A stretch of DNA of 64,000 nt from Myxococcota bacterium. Its GTDB lineage: Bacteria > Myxococcota_A > Polyangia > Nannocystales > Nannocystaceae. The stretch lies in NCBI GenBank assembly GCA_039028615.1, contig JBCCHT010000002.1:128001-192000 (forward strand), read 5' to 3'. The notes beneath the pieces are model-generated. The model was not told the origin of the DNA. It did no database searches and saw nothing but the letters and a program-made list of their open reading frames with translations. Of the stretch, positions 40,245 through 49,524 are shown piece after piece. The translations under genes were made by a program, and so were the position numbers. Within the stretch, counting starts at the first letter, position 1, and each line of letters opens with the position of its first letter.

Positions 40245-41165
40245 TCAGTCGGTCGCCAACCCGAGCCCCTCGACCGCCCGGGCGAATCGAGCCGCCCGCA
40301 CGCGCCCGGCCACGCCGAGCACCCCTCGATCGCGGGCCCAGCGGGCGCGCACCGGTTCTTCCAGCGCCTCCCAGTGGCCATTGCAGCGGTCCAGCCAGCG
40401 GTCGAAGGTGGTCAGCACGCCACCTAACGCGAGGTGTGTCGCGGGGTCCAGTGGGGGTCGCTCCGACAGATCCGACAGCGCACCAAGGACGACGAGCCCC
40501 TCCGCGAGCGCGGCGGCGGGCCAGCCCGCATGGCGACCCACCCCCACCACGTGGGCCGCGGCGGCCGCGACGACGTGGATGTCCTCGACGGTGCGAAACG
40601 GCTTGATCCACCGGCCGTAGCCGTCGCCCTCCAGGACCGCCTCGGCGGGCACGCTCACCTCCTCGAGGGTGAGACGAAAATGAGGGATCTCGGGGATGAA
40701 GGGCGTGGGCGGCATCGCGTGGAGGGTCAGCCCCTTCGCATCGACCGGCACCCGCACCATCTTCAAACGATTGCGACCCTCCCGTTCGCCGATGGACGCC
40801 GCCACGAGCAGGCTCTGGGCGCGCCCGGCCAGGGTCGACCACTGCTTGGTCCCGGTCACCACGACCGTGTCGCCCTTCGCCGTCAGTCGGGTGCGGATCG
40901 CTCGGGGGTGCCCGCCCCCTTCCTCGGTGATGCAGACCGCCGCGTGCCCCGACTCGCCCGTGAGGCTCAGCAGCGCCGAGCGATAGCCAGTGGCAAAGGC
41001 CAAGCCCAGTCGATCCGCCGCGAGCCCGCCGAGCACCGCCCGCTCGAAGCTCCGACCCGACAGCGCATCCCAGTACTCGAGCATCGCGTCGAGCTCGGTC
41101 TGGACGGGAGCGGAACGAGGGCCCGTCAGTGCGGCGAGCCAGTCGGTCTCGGTCGGCGGATTCAC
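40245..41165 (-). CDS. Acyl-CoA dehydrogenase-like protein (short form)
   Basis: AVCITEEGG, VTGTKQWST, LEGDGY...IKPFRTVED. Confidence 0.8.
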   Translation of the reverse strand: MNPPTETDWLAALTGPRSAPVQTELDAMLEYWDALSGRSFERAVLGGLAADRLGLAFATGYRSALLSLTGESGHAAVCITEEGGGHPRAIRTRLTAKGDTVVVTGTKQWSTLAGRAQSLLVAASIGEREGRNRLKMVRVPVDAKGLTLHAMPPTPFIPEIPHFRLTLEEVSVPAEAVLEGDGYGRWIKPFRTVEDIHVVAAAAAHVVGVGRHAGWPAAALAEGLVVLGALSDLSERPPLDPATHLALGGVLTTFDRWLDRCNGHWEALEEPVRARWARDRGVLGVAGRVRAARFARAVEGLGLATD

Positions 41166-41199
41166 CCGCCCAGTGTAAACGATGGCCCTGGCGCGACGC

Positions 41200-42051
41200 T
41201 CAAGCGGGTGCGGCGTCCGAGCCTCGCTCGATGAAGAACCCCGCAGCGATCCATCGCCCGCGCACCTCGTCGTGCCACGACCGCTCGACCTCGGCCAGCG
41301 AGCGCTGCTGCTCCTGGGCCACCCACTGCAGCGCCTCGCCCACCGTCCCGTGGTCTCGCAGCGTGGACAAGAACACGTGGTGGACGCGATTGAGGGGCAC
41401 GGTCGAGGTCATGAAGTCCTTGCGGACGATGGCCACATGCGAGGTCCGGGCGGAGGGAAACGAAGGGTCCTGCTCGGCGCGAACCTGGTGGTAGTACCAG
41501 GCCACCGGGTAGCGAAAGGTCTCGAGGACGAATGCGGGCTGGAGTACGAGCCGCTCGTCGGGGGTGTCCACGGTCGGCCATGGCTTGCCCTCGTGACCGG
41601 GCGCGTCGAAGAGCCGGAACTGCTCGAACTCGTAGCGCGCCAGGTCGACCATGAAGTCGATCCAGTCCTCGCGCTGGGCGGGCGGCAAGTCACGGTCGGG
41701 GCGCGCGTGGTCGAGGTACCCGGAAAAGCGCCGACCCAGCTCGTGCAAGGTGTAGCTGCTGGGCGGGTGGGCCCACAGGTACTCGCGGGCGAAGTCGTGG
41801 AAGAGCTCTTCGCCCAGGGCATGGCACAGCGCGGGAAACTGCTCGGCCAGGCACTTGCACAGCCGCAGGATGTACGCGCGCTGGTAGATGCCGAGCCGAG
41901 CCCGGGCATCGAGCTTCGGCGACGCCAGCAGCCGCCGCTCGACCTGCTCGTCATCGACCCGGCCCGGAAACACGAGCGACTCGAAGAGCCAGCGCTGCGT
42001 CCCCGCGAGGCCGTCGTCGCGCTCGGGAGCGGGTGAAGCCGAGCTCATCAT
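41200..42051 (-). CDS. DUF2063-type MNIO partner protein (BufC/HvfC-like)
   Basis: RLGIYQRAY..RL..CL..QFP.L...LG...F..F...Y....PP.S..L..LG..F, DLARYE; ATGA-coupled to the DUF692 gene. Confidence 0.88.
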   Translation of the reverse strand: MMSSASPAPERDDGLAGTQRWLFESLVFPGRVDDEQVERRLLASPKLDARARLGIYQRAYILRLCKCLAEQFPALCHALGEELFHDFAREYLWAHPPSSYTLHELGRRFSGYLDHARPDRDLPPAQREDWIDFMVDLARYEFEQFRLFDAPGHEGKPWPTVDTPDERLVLQPAFVLETFRYPVAWYYHQVRAEQDPSFPSARTSHVAIVRKDFMTSTVPLNRVHHVFLSTLRDHGTVGEALQWVAQEQQRSLAEVERSWHDEVRGRWIAAGFFIERGSDAAPA

Positions 42052-43013
42052 ACGCCCTCGAGCCGGGTTCGTGACATCACCTGCGGCACCATGAAGTCGA
42101 CGGGGGTGGAGATGCACGAGCTGGCGTCGAGCTCGGCGCCGCGCAGATGCTCGCACTCGAGTCCGCCGTGCATGAAGTCGCGCGCCCGCAGCACCTCTTG
42201 GTGGACGCGATCGAACGCGGGCACGTCACCGTCCCACTCGAGCAGGGTCGACGCCCCGCCCGTTCGTTGCCACGCCACGCGAAACAGCTCCCAGACCGCG
42301 TCACAGACCGGCTGATCGTGGGTATCGACGAGGTGGTCTCCGCAGTTTTGGTGCCCGGCCAAGTGCAGCTGCACGACCCGCTCGAACGGAAAGGCCTCGA
42401 GGTACGCCAACGGGTCGGCGCCCGCATTGAAGCAGGTGACGTAGACGTTGTTGACGTCGAGCAGGAGCCCGCAGCCCGTGCGCTCGGCCAGCGCCCGCAG
42501 GAAGTCGGGCTCTTCCATGGTGGTGTCGGCGAAGCCGATGTATGTGCTCGGGTTCTCGAGCACCAGCGGTCGGCGCAGCGCCTCTTGCACCAAGGCCACC
42601 CGCCGAGCCACGTGGTCGAGGGTCTCTTCGTTGAGCGGCAGGGGCAGCAAGTCGTGGCTATTGGCGCCCTGCACCCCGGTCCAGCACAGGTGGTCGCTGA
42701 CCCACACGGCACGGATGTCGTCGGCGAGCACCTTGACCTTGCGCAGGTACTCGGGGTCGAGCGGATCGGTGCTGCCGATCGACATCGAGACCCCGTGGAG
42801 CACGACGGGGTAGCGCTCGGCGACCTGCCGAATCACGTGCCCCGGGCGGCCCCCGGAATCCATGAAGTTCTCCGTGATGGCCTCGAACCAATCCACGGCC
42901 GGCCACTTCGACACGATGTGGCCGAAGTGGGTGCTCCGAAGGCCGATGCCCAGCCCCAGCCGCGGCAGCGTGGAGATGGCCGGTGCACCGGGCGACTGTC
43001 CGCCGTCGTTCAG
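42048..43013 (-). CDS. DUF692 multinuclear non-heme iron oxidase (MNIO)
   Basis: GIGLR, WFE..ENF, HGVSMSIG, SDHLCW, HDLLPLP, LENPS.Y, LLLDVNN, QLHLAGH, VDTH, LLEWD; start placed at CTG 43013 (see findings). Confidence 0.93.
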   Translation of the reverse strand: MNDGGQSPGAPAISTLPRLGLGIGLRSTHFGHIVSKWPAVDWFEAITENFMDSGGRPGHVIRQVAERYPVVLHGVSMSIGSTDPLDPEYLRKVKVLADDIRAVWVSDHLCWTGVQGANSHDLLPLPLNEETLDHVARRVALVQEALRRPLVLENPSTYIGFADTTMEEPDFLRALAERTGCGLLLDVNNVYVTCFNAGADPLAYLEAFPFERVVQLHLAGHQNCGDHLVDTHDQPVCDAVWELFRVAWQRTGGASTLLEWDGDVPAFDRVHQEVLRARDFMHGGLECEHLRGAELDASSCISTPVDFMVPQVMSRTRLEGV

Positions 43014-45058
43014 GCGCAGCTCCCCGCCCCGCTGAGGCCGCTCGAGCCACAGGCGGTCATGCCTCCCCCTTCGTTCTGGATCCACTCGATGGTGGGCCCG
43101 TCCTTGAACAGATCGGGGTCGTTGGTGGAGCCGGGGATGTTCGGCGGCTCGGCGGGGAGCTTGGGGTCTCGCGCCTTGTGCTTGGCCCAGAACACCTTGC
43201 GAGCCCGGTGCCACACGCTCTTGCCCTGGTTGCCGCCATCGGTGCTGAAGCGCTCGGCGTTGATGGGCGTGGCGCACGAGCCCAGGGAGCGACAATCGTT
43301 GTCCCCCGGGGAGTCTTGCTCTTCGGCCGTGCCGTAGAGGCCACAGCCGCCCTGCCCCCGGCAATCGTTGCGCACGTGGCACTGATGGTCGGTGACGGAG
43401 GGGTTGCCGGCATCGGCCGGGTTCCACTGCAGCGCGGTGGAGCAGTAGCCCATGCCCGCGCAGTCGTTGCTCAGCGTCCGCCCCTGGTTCTTGCAGTCGT
43501 TGAGCCCCATGCACGCGTGACGGCTCGCGCCGCCGGGAATGGTGGCGGGCGGCTGCCGCGGGAACACGGGGGCCCCCGCGAACTTGTCGTCGTCCTTCCA
43601 GTAGTCGCTCACGTCGGGGAGCTGCTTGATCATCGGGATCAGCCAGCTGATGTCGCTGTACCAGGGCTCGTTGCCACACGCGGTCGCGACCGCGTCGGCC
43701 AGCTCGGAGAGGCTCTGGAACGCCCGATCCCGGCTGCCCAGCGACAGGTTCTCGAAGGTCGGCGCCAACGCGACCACCGTCCCCTTCGACGTGGTCTCGA
43801 TGCCGCGCATCGCCTGCAGGAACTTGTCGAGGATCCAGATCATCGACATGTGCAGCGCCCGATTGAAGTAGACTTTCTGGTCTGCCGACGGCACCTTGAA
43901 GATGGTCTCGGTCAGGATCAGCATGTACTGGTACAGGCCGCTGGAGAGGTCGACTACCGACTTGTAGGGCGCCGCGAGATCGGCGGACACCGGGTTGGTG
44001 GGGTACGGCACCACGAACTCGGCGAGCTGTGCGGGCGTGAAGGGGTGCTCGGGGGGCTTGGGCGGCTGGGGCCGCAACGGCAGCGGCTCGCCCTTGCCGT
44101 TCTTCATGCCTTTGGCGTGCCACTCGTAGCCCTCGAGCTCGGACTGCAGCGTCAGGAACTTGTAGTAGTGCGACAGCTCCTGCTTGGAGGGGTCGTCGAC
44201 CTTGGTGTTGTTGAAGCCCTCGCCCTGAAAGTCGATGGTGGCGATGGCCTCGAGCGCCTCTTCGCAGGAGGTGATGGTGGTCAGCTGGAAGCGCCCGGTG
44301 TGGCTGTCCTCGCGACTGGCAAAGTCGGTGACCTGCGCCGCCGAGCCCGGAGCGGAGGCGGGGACCGGCGTCGTCTTGTCGAAGGACGCCGTCGGGTACG
44401 CGGTGTCGATGTTGTTGGGCGAGTAGTTGCCCGGCTGAATCTGCTGATTCTTGGCCCCTTGGAGGAAGTCGGAGTCCTCGATCCACTGGGAGTAGATGAT
44501 GCAGCGAATGTACGAGTAGACCTGGCCGATGGTCTCCCAGTTGGAGCCCTCGGGCGGCGCATCGGCGTTGGCCGGATACTCGATCTCGAGGAAGTTCCAC
44601 AGCTGCTGCTCGGAGAAGGGCGCCAGCGGCAGCGCGAGCGTCTTCGCGTCTGGGCCCAGCTTGGCGTGCCCCGGTAAATTCGTCGGGTAGGGCCCCGGAG
44701 ACAGCAAATAGAGCCGTGGTTGCTGCCCCAGCGAGAACGAGATGTTCGACGACAGGGACATGTGCAGCATCTCTTCGACAGCCACGCTCATGATGAGCGC
44801 TCCCGCCTTGTCGGCGAAGCGAGCGACCGGGCTCTGCGGGAAGCCGGCGTTGGCGGGAGAGCCCGTGATCGTGCGGTTGATCGAGTAGTACGTGTACAGA
44901 TAGATGGGGATGGTCGCGAGCTCGATCTCGACGGCCACCTGCAGGTGTGCCTTCAGCTCCGACAGTGCCCGCTCACGGGTCCACGTGTCGTTGATCGTAT
45001 CGATGAGCTTCTGCTCGGAACGCGAGGGTTTCGGTACACCGTACGGGGTCTTGGCCAT
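43010..45058 (-). CDS. Ferritin-like domain protein (PF12902, VioB/RebD-related) fused to a Cys-rich bufferin-precursor-like C-terminal domain
   Basis: GGAGG RBS; LQ.A..IELATIP.YL...YSI, EEMLH....N, FL.IE.P, TIGQ.Y, QGEG, SHYYKF; C-terminal NDCKNQG/NDCAGMG/NDCRGQG/NDCRSLG repeats. Confidence 0.85.
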   Translation of the reverse strand: MAKTPYGVPKPSRSEQKLIDTINDTWTRERALSELKAHLQVAVEIELATIPIYLYTYYSINRTITGSPANAGFPQSPVARFADKAGALIMSVAVEEMLHMSLSSNISFSLGQQPRLYLLSPGPYPTNLPGHAKLGPDAKTLALPLAPFSEQQLWNFLEIEYPANADAPPEGSNWETIGQVYSYIRCIIYSQWIEDSDFLQGAKNQQIQPGNYSPNNIDTAYPTASFDKTTPVPASAPGSAAQVTDFASREDSHTGRFQLTTITSCEEALEAIATIDFQGEGFNNTKVDDPSKQELSHYYKFLTLQSELEGYEWHAKGMKNGKGEPLPLRPQPPKPPEHPFTPAQLAEFVVPYPTNPVSADLAAPYKSVVDLSSGLYQYMLILTETIFKVPSADQKVYFNRALHMSMIWILDKFLQAMRGIETTSKGTVVALAPTFENLSLGSRDRAFQSLSELADAVATACGNEPWYSDISWLIPMIKQLPDVSDYWKDDDKFAGAPVFPRQPPATIPGGASRHACMGLNDCKNQGRTLSNDCAGMGYCSTALQWNPADAGNPSVTDHQCHVRNDCRGQGGCGLYGTAEEQDSPGDNDCRSLGSCATPINAERFSTDGGNQGKSVWHRARKVFWAKHKARDPKLPAEPPNIPGSTNDPDLFKDGPTIEWIQNEGGGMTACGSSGLSGAGSCA

Positions 45059-45229
45059 GATCATCCTCCCACCGGGCAAACGGGCCCGGGCAACCATCGT
45101 CCACGGTACACGATCACCCGCAGCAAACCCGAGCCCGCATCATGATCCGAATGACGTTAGTCAGGACCGATGCGGGCCGGCGATGAAATCGAGTGACATC
45201 GCGGTTTCGAACCGCGGCCGCTCCCAGTC

Positions 45230-45595
45230 TTACTCGCGCTCCATCTTGCGGATCTGGGTCACCATCGCCTCGAGCCGCTCGACTCGCTCCTTCGCCCGCG
45301 CGTGCACCTTCTTGAAGTCGACGTCGTCGAGGCCGAGCTTGGCCGCTTCGTCGTACTTGGCCAGCGCCTGCTCGGTACGCGACAGGCAGGTCGCGACCTT
45401 GCCCCCGGAGATGGCCGCGGCGTCTTGGCCCTCGGCGTAGTGCAGCTTGCAGGGCCCGCGCTCCGCGTCGCCTTCGATCTGCAGCCCCTCCATGTACAGG
45501 TCGTTCTTGTTCGGACCGCGTTCACAGCCCCCCACCATCACGAGCGCAGCGAGCCACAAGGAGGGACGACGAACGATGGAGCGAGTGCGAGCCAT
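45230..45595 (-). CDS. Small helical lipoprotein
   Basis: MARTRSIVRRPSLWLAALVMVGGC lipobox; 121 aa; the real gene at the tail of a longer shadow ORF. Confidence 0.75.
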   Translation of the reverse strand: MARTRSIVRRPSLWLAALVMVGGCERGPNKNDLYMEGLQIEGDAERGPCKLHYAEGQDAAAISGGKVATCLSRTEQALAKYDEAAKLGLDDVDFKKVHARAKERVERLEAMVTQIRKMERE

Positions 45596-45736
45596 GGCGA
45601 CCCCTTCATCATGCACCACCTGTGCCCCCGCCGCATCGGGGCGCCCGAGCCTACCGACCGCAGCGCCGCGCAGCGCCCCTGGCACGAGGGGGTTTTTGTC
45701 CCCGCGGCGGGCGCTAGGCTGCGCGGTGGAGGTCCG

Positions 45737-46369
45737 ATGCCGAGAACCCTGAGTACCCGCGCGCTGCTGGTGGTGCACACCCAGCGCATCTTCGAAGGCA
45801 TGCAAGAGATTGCGACGCCCGTGAACGAGGCGGTCGCCCAAGCCAAGGCGGACGGTCGTCAGATCGTGTATCTCGCGGATACCTCGGGCAACGGAGGCGC
45901 GCAGTGGGTGCTCGATCACGAGCCCGACCCCAAAGACGTCGAAGAGGCCGGGGCCGGGATCCACGATTTCCGCGTGCTCACCAAGGACGTGATGCTCGTC
46001 GGAGGCTGGTGGCTGGCGTGCACGGGCAACGCCATCATCGGCGCGATGTTCGGCCACTTCTCTCCCCAGCCTCCCGAGCCCGGGCCGCTGCTCCTTCGGA
46101 TTCCGATGCGCGCGACCTCGTGCCAGGGCGAGACGCTCTATCAGCGCTTCGATGAGACGTCGGACTTCTTCGGGGGCATTCGAACGGACGTGGGCAAGAT
46201 GAAGCAGATGGCCGAACTCCTGGGTCCGCTGGGCAACACTCTGCCCTGGGACGAGTTCACCATCGACGGCCAGGTATTCCGGGTCCGCGACCAGCGGGTG
46301 CTGACCACCGTGCAGCTCCAGGCCGGCACGGGGCCGCGGCGCCCGGTGTTCCTGCGCTTCGAGGTCTAG
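45737..46369 (+). CDS. Hypothetical protein, divergent isochorismatase/cysteine-hydrolase-like
   Basis: GGAGG RBS before ATG 45737; ALLVVHTQRIF...AKADGRQIVY...VMLVGG...AC. Confidence 0.55.
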   Translation: MPRTLSTRALLVVHTQRIFEGMQEIATPVNEAVAQAKADGRQIVYLADTSGNGGAQWVLDHEPDPKDVEEAGAGIHDFRVLTKDVMLVGGWWLACTGNAIIGAMFGHFSPQPPEPGPLLLRIPMRATSCQGETLYQRFDETSDFFGGIRTDVGKMKQMAELLGPLGNTLPWDEFTIDGQVFRVRDQRVLTTVQLQAGTGPRRPVFLRFEV

Positions 46370-47316
46370 GCCCCGACCAACGCGACGCTGCGATCCCACA
46401 GCCCGTCGGTCAGGTCGTCGTCGTGGGCGACCGGATTGGGGCTGCGCAGCGGCCAGCCCCCAGTGTTGCAGGACTTGTCGCGATAGACCCCCGTCTGGCT
46501 GTAGTACGCCCCCGCGTGGCCGGACACGTCGTCGGCGAGCAGGGCGTACAGCGAGGTCTGAGCGCCAGCCCACGGCTCGATCATTCCCGCGAGCTTGAGG
46601 AAGGGCCGGGCAATGTAGTTTTGCACGAACAGCGGCATGCTGTGACGGCTGAGGTCGGTCCGCACCCAGCCCGGATGCACGCTCACCGCCACCACCCCGG
46701 TGCCATCGAGACGCCGGGCGAGCCCGCGGGCGTGCAACAAGTTGGCGAGCTTGGACTGCGCGTAGGCCTCCCAGCCATCGTAGGAGCGGCGCTCGTAGTG
46801 GAGGTCGTCGAGGTCGATCTTGCCCTCGCGCCCCATCGCCCGATCGTGGAAGCAGCTCGAGACGTTGACGATCCGCGAGGGCGCGCCCTTGACCAGCGCC
46901 GGACGCAGCAGCTCGGTGAGCAGGAAGTGCCCGAGGTGGTTGACGCCGATCTGCGTCTCGAAGCCGTCTTTGGTCGTGCCCTGCGGGGTGTTCATGACCC
47001 CCGCGTTGTTGAGCAGGCCGTGCAGCGTGTCGTGGTCGGCGAGCAGCTCGGCGGCGAAGCTCCGCACCGAGCTCAGGTCGCCGAGATCGAGGTGCCGGGC
47101 CTCGACCGTGGCCTGCGGGTGCTCCTTTTTGATCTCTTCGACCCGTACCTGCCCCTGATCGAGGCGGCGACACGCGAGGATGACCGTGGCGCCCTGGGCC
47201 GCCAGTTGCCGACTGCTCACGAAGCCGATGCCTCCGTTGCCGCCGGTCACCACGATGCGGCGGCCGGTCAGATCACGTTGGAGGAGCTCCGGGGGACACA
47301 TGAGGGCTTTGGCCAT
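46366..47316 (-). CDS. Short-chain dehydrogenase/reductase (retinol-DH/WWOX-like)
   Basis: TGGNGGIG, NNAG, NHLGHFLLT, NVSS, YAQSK, HPG.V.T. Confidence 0.93.
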   Translation of the reverse strand: MAKALMCPPELLQRDLTGRRIVVTGGNGGIGFVSSRQLAAQGATVILACRRLDQGQVRVEEIKKEHPQATVEARHLDLGDLSSVRSFAAELLADHDTLHGLLNNAGVMNTPQGTTKDGFETQIGVNHLGHFLLTELLRPALVKGAPSRIVNVSSCFHDRAMGREGKIDLDDLHYERRSYDGWEAYAQSKLANLLHARGLARRLDGTGVVAVSVHPGWVRTDLSRHSMPLFVQNYIARPFLKLAGMIEPWAGAQTSLYALLADDVSGHAGAYYSQTGVYRDKSCNTGGWPLRSPNPVAHDDDLTDGLWDRSVALVGA

Positions 47317-47411
47317 GGGTGCCCGTCACTATGGCACCGTCCGGCCGTCGTGCACCCCGAACGTTGGTGGGGCGTGGTCCGTGGCGCCTCGGCAGCGGCG
47401 AGCCGCGTCGC

Positions 47412-49424
47412 TCAGCGCAAGGCGTCGGCCTGAGCCTGGGCCTGCTGCGCCCCCTCGGCGTCACCGACCGCCGCCCGCACCGACGCCAAGCGAAGCCAAC
47501 CGTCGGCCCGCCAGGGGCGAAGGTCGACCGCCTGCTCGGCCAGGGCCAGCGCCTCCGCGTGCCCCTGGGGCTGCCGAGACAGATACAGCGCGAGATTGGT
47601 GAGCGCGGCGTGGCGGCCCGGCTCGAACTCGAGGGCGCGACGGGTCAAGGCGATCGCACGCGGGGTATCCCCCATGCGGTCGTACAGCGCAGCCAGGGTC
47701 ACCATGGCGCTGGTGTGTCGCTCGTCCACGCGCTGCAGCGACAGGCCCAGCGTGGCGGCAGCGAGCTGCACCGCCCCGTCCACGCCGACCCGAGCCCGCG
47801 CCCAGTTGGCCAGCGCCAGCGCCAGGCGATGACGATCCTCGGGCGCAGGCAGCCGCGGCAGCCAGGCGTCGACTTCCTGCGGAGGCAGCCGCGCGGGCGG
47901 CAACGACTCGAGCACGGGTTTCGTGCCCCCTACGGCGAGCGGCAGCCGGCCATGCGGCGACCACCACGGCACGGCGGCGAAGACCCCCGTCCGCGGCAGC
48001 TCCACCGCGACCGGTCCGGGGTGCGCCTCGATGGCGGCCACGATCCGCGCCGCCTCGGTATCCTGCTCGTGCGCGGCCTCCCAAAGCCGAGTGCGGCGGG
48101 GATCGGCGCGCGCCACATCGGGCGTGGATCGGTACAAGTGCTGTGCGGGAATGGAGATGATGTCGGGCCGAGCCCCATCCACGAGCCGAGCGCTCACCGT
48201 GCCCGCGGCCAGGTCGTCGGACTGCGTCAGCAGCAGAGTCCCGGGGGGCAGCTGCGCCAACGCGGCGCGGGTCCAGGCGTGCGGCGCCCACGAGCGCGTG
48301 ACCGCCATGTCCGACGCACTCACCAAGAGCGGCGGCACGACCAGCACCACCCCGGCCAGCGGCAGCACGGCCAAGCGCAAGCGACCACGATCGACCAACC
48401 AACGCCGCGAGACCTCGCCGACCACCAACGCGGCCAGGGGCGCGAGCACGAGCCCTGTCTGACGATCGGCGCCCCCCATGGGGTTGATGCCCGCCGCGTA
48501 GAACAGCTCGACGGCGATGATCCAGGTCAGCCCGGCCGCCACCGCACGGGCCCGCACAGGCTCGGTCGGTGGAGGCGTGCGCCACACCAGCACCAGGCAG
48601 AACGCCGCCACCACCAACCCCGGGCCGCCGAGGTCCTCGGCGAGGCGTTCGAACACGGCCGCGGTGTTGAGCCGCCACAAGGAGGCCGACGCGGGGAGAA
48701 TCTCGTTGGCGTAGGCGTCTCGGATCGACTGCCCCGCGAGGTGATCGAGCCATGCCCCCACCGTCTGCGGATCACCCCAGTCGACGACGGGGCCTCCGAC
48801 CGACGCGAGCGGTAGCGCCAGGATCACCAGGCTGGCCGTGAGCGAGACCAACGGCGCCCATCGGGCCCACGGCGCTCGCTGTCGCCACGCGTGGATCCAC
48901 GCCACCAGCAACACGGGGCCCAACGCCAAGCGCAGGTCACCGAAACACCACGCGCCCCAGGTCGACGCCGCGACGGCGAGCAGCCGGCGCCCGGTCCGAC
49001 GTTCGTCATCGACGGCCGGGTCGAGCCCCCACAGCGTCACCATCAGCAGCATGGCCGCGAGGGCATAGATTTCGACCACCCGCCCCTGACGGACGAAGGT
49101 CAGCCCCACCAGGACCCACAACCCGGCGATCGACGCCAACGCGGGCCCGGCCCCGCGTCGCTGCAGCACGGCCACGACCAGCCCCACCGCGGCGGCGGCC
49201 ATCGCACTGCTCACCAGCGCCATGCGAAACCCCAGGCTCCCCAGCGGAATCATCCCGGCCAGTCGCAGCACCAGCAACAGCCCGGGCGCCCCGGGCGGGT
49301 GAGCGACCCCGAGATCGAAGCCGGCCGCCCCTATCTCGCCCGAGTCGAGCCAGAAATGCGCTGGCGATGCGCCCCACGCCAGGAAGACGAAGGCGAGCCA
49401 GGCGACGAGCCAGGGGGCACGCAC
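47412..49424 (-). CDS. DUF2723 / TMEM260-like GT-C membrane glycosyltransferase with C-terminal TPR
   Basis: DSGE......LGVAHPPG, VEIY, multiple TMs, DWGDP, SDD, C-terminal TPRs. Confidence 0.8.
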   Translation of the reverse strand: MRAPWLVAWLAFVFLAWGASPAHFWLDSGEIGAAGFDLGVAHPPGAPGLLLVLRLAGMIPLGSLGFRMALVSSAMAAAAVGLVVAVLQRRGAGPALASIAGLWVLVGLTFVRQGRVVEIYALAAMLLMVTLWGLDPAVDDERRTGRRLLAVAASTWGAWCFGDLRLALGPVLLVAWIHAWRQRAPWARWAPLVSLTASLVILALPLASVGGPVVDWGDPQTVGAWLDHLAGQSIRDAYANEILPASASLWRLNTAAVFERLAEDLGGPGLVVAAFCLVLVWRTPPPTEPVRARAVAAGLTWIIAVELFYAAGINPMGGADRQTGLVLAPLAALVVGEVSRRWLVDRGRLRLAVLPLAGVVLVVPPLLVSASDMAVTRSWAPHAWTRAALAQLPPGTLLLTQSDDLAAGTVSARLVDGARPDIISIPAQHLYRSTPDVARADPRRTRLWEAAHEQDTEAARIVAAIEAHPGPVAVELPRTGVFAAVPWWSPHGRLPLAVGGTKPVLESLPPARLPPQEVDAWLPRLPAPEDRHRLALALANWARARVGVDGAVQLAAATLGLSLQRVDERHTSAMVTLAALYDRMGDTPRAIALTRRALEFEPGRHAALTNLALYLSRQPQGHAEALALAEQAVDLRPWRADGWLRLASVRAAVGDAEGAQQAQAQADALR

Positions 49425-49524
49425 GCCGGGATGGTTTCATCGGCGACCGATTGCGGCAAGTCGGGCCGCTACGAGGGGATGAAACCGGCTTCCGTATCGG
49501 TCATCCCGCGGTAGAATTCGAGAC

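Noticed and set aside
43014..44600. N-terminal ~530 aa of the 850-aa ORF 42048..44600
   Set aside because: Arg/Ala/Gly-rich off-frame shadow of the ferritin-like gene; only the last ~320 aa are DUF692.
43010..45058. Violacein/indolocarbazole biosynthesis (VioB/RebD)
   Set aside because: Only the ferritin-like domain is present; I saw no Trp oxidase or other pathway genes in the window.
45200..45216. Hairpin CGCGGTT-tcg-AACCGCG upstream of the MNIO operon
   Set aside because: Short, with no U-tract; cannot be distinguished from chance, terminator or operator.
45596..47173. 647-aa ORF 45230..47173
   Set aside because: Shadow of the SDR and of the plus-strand gene; only the last 121 aa form a plausible lipoprotein.
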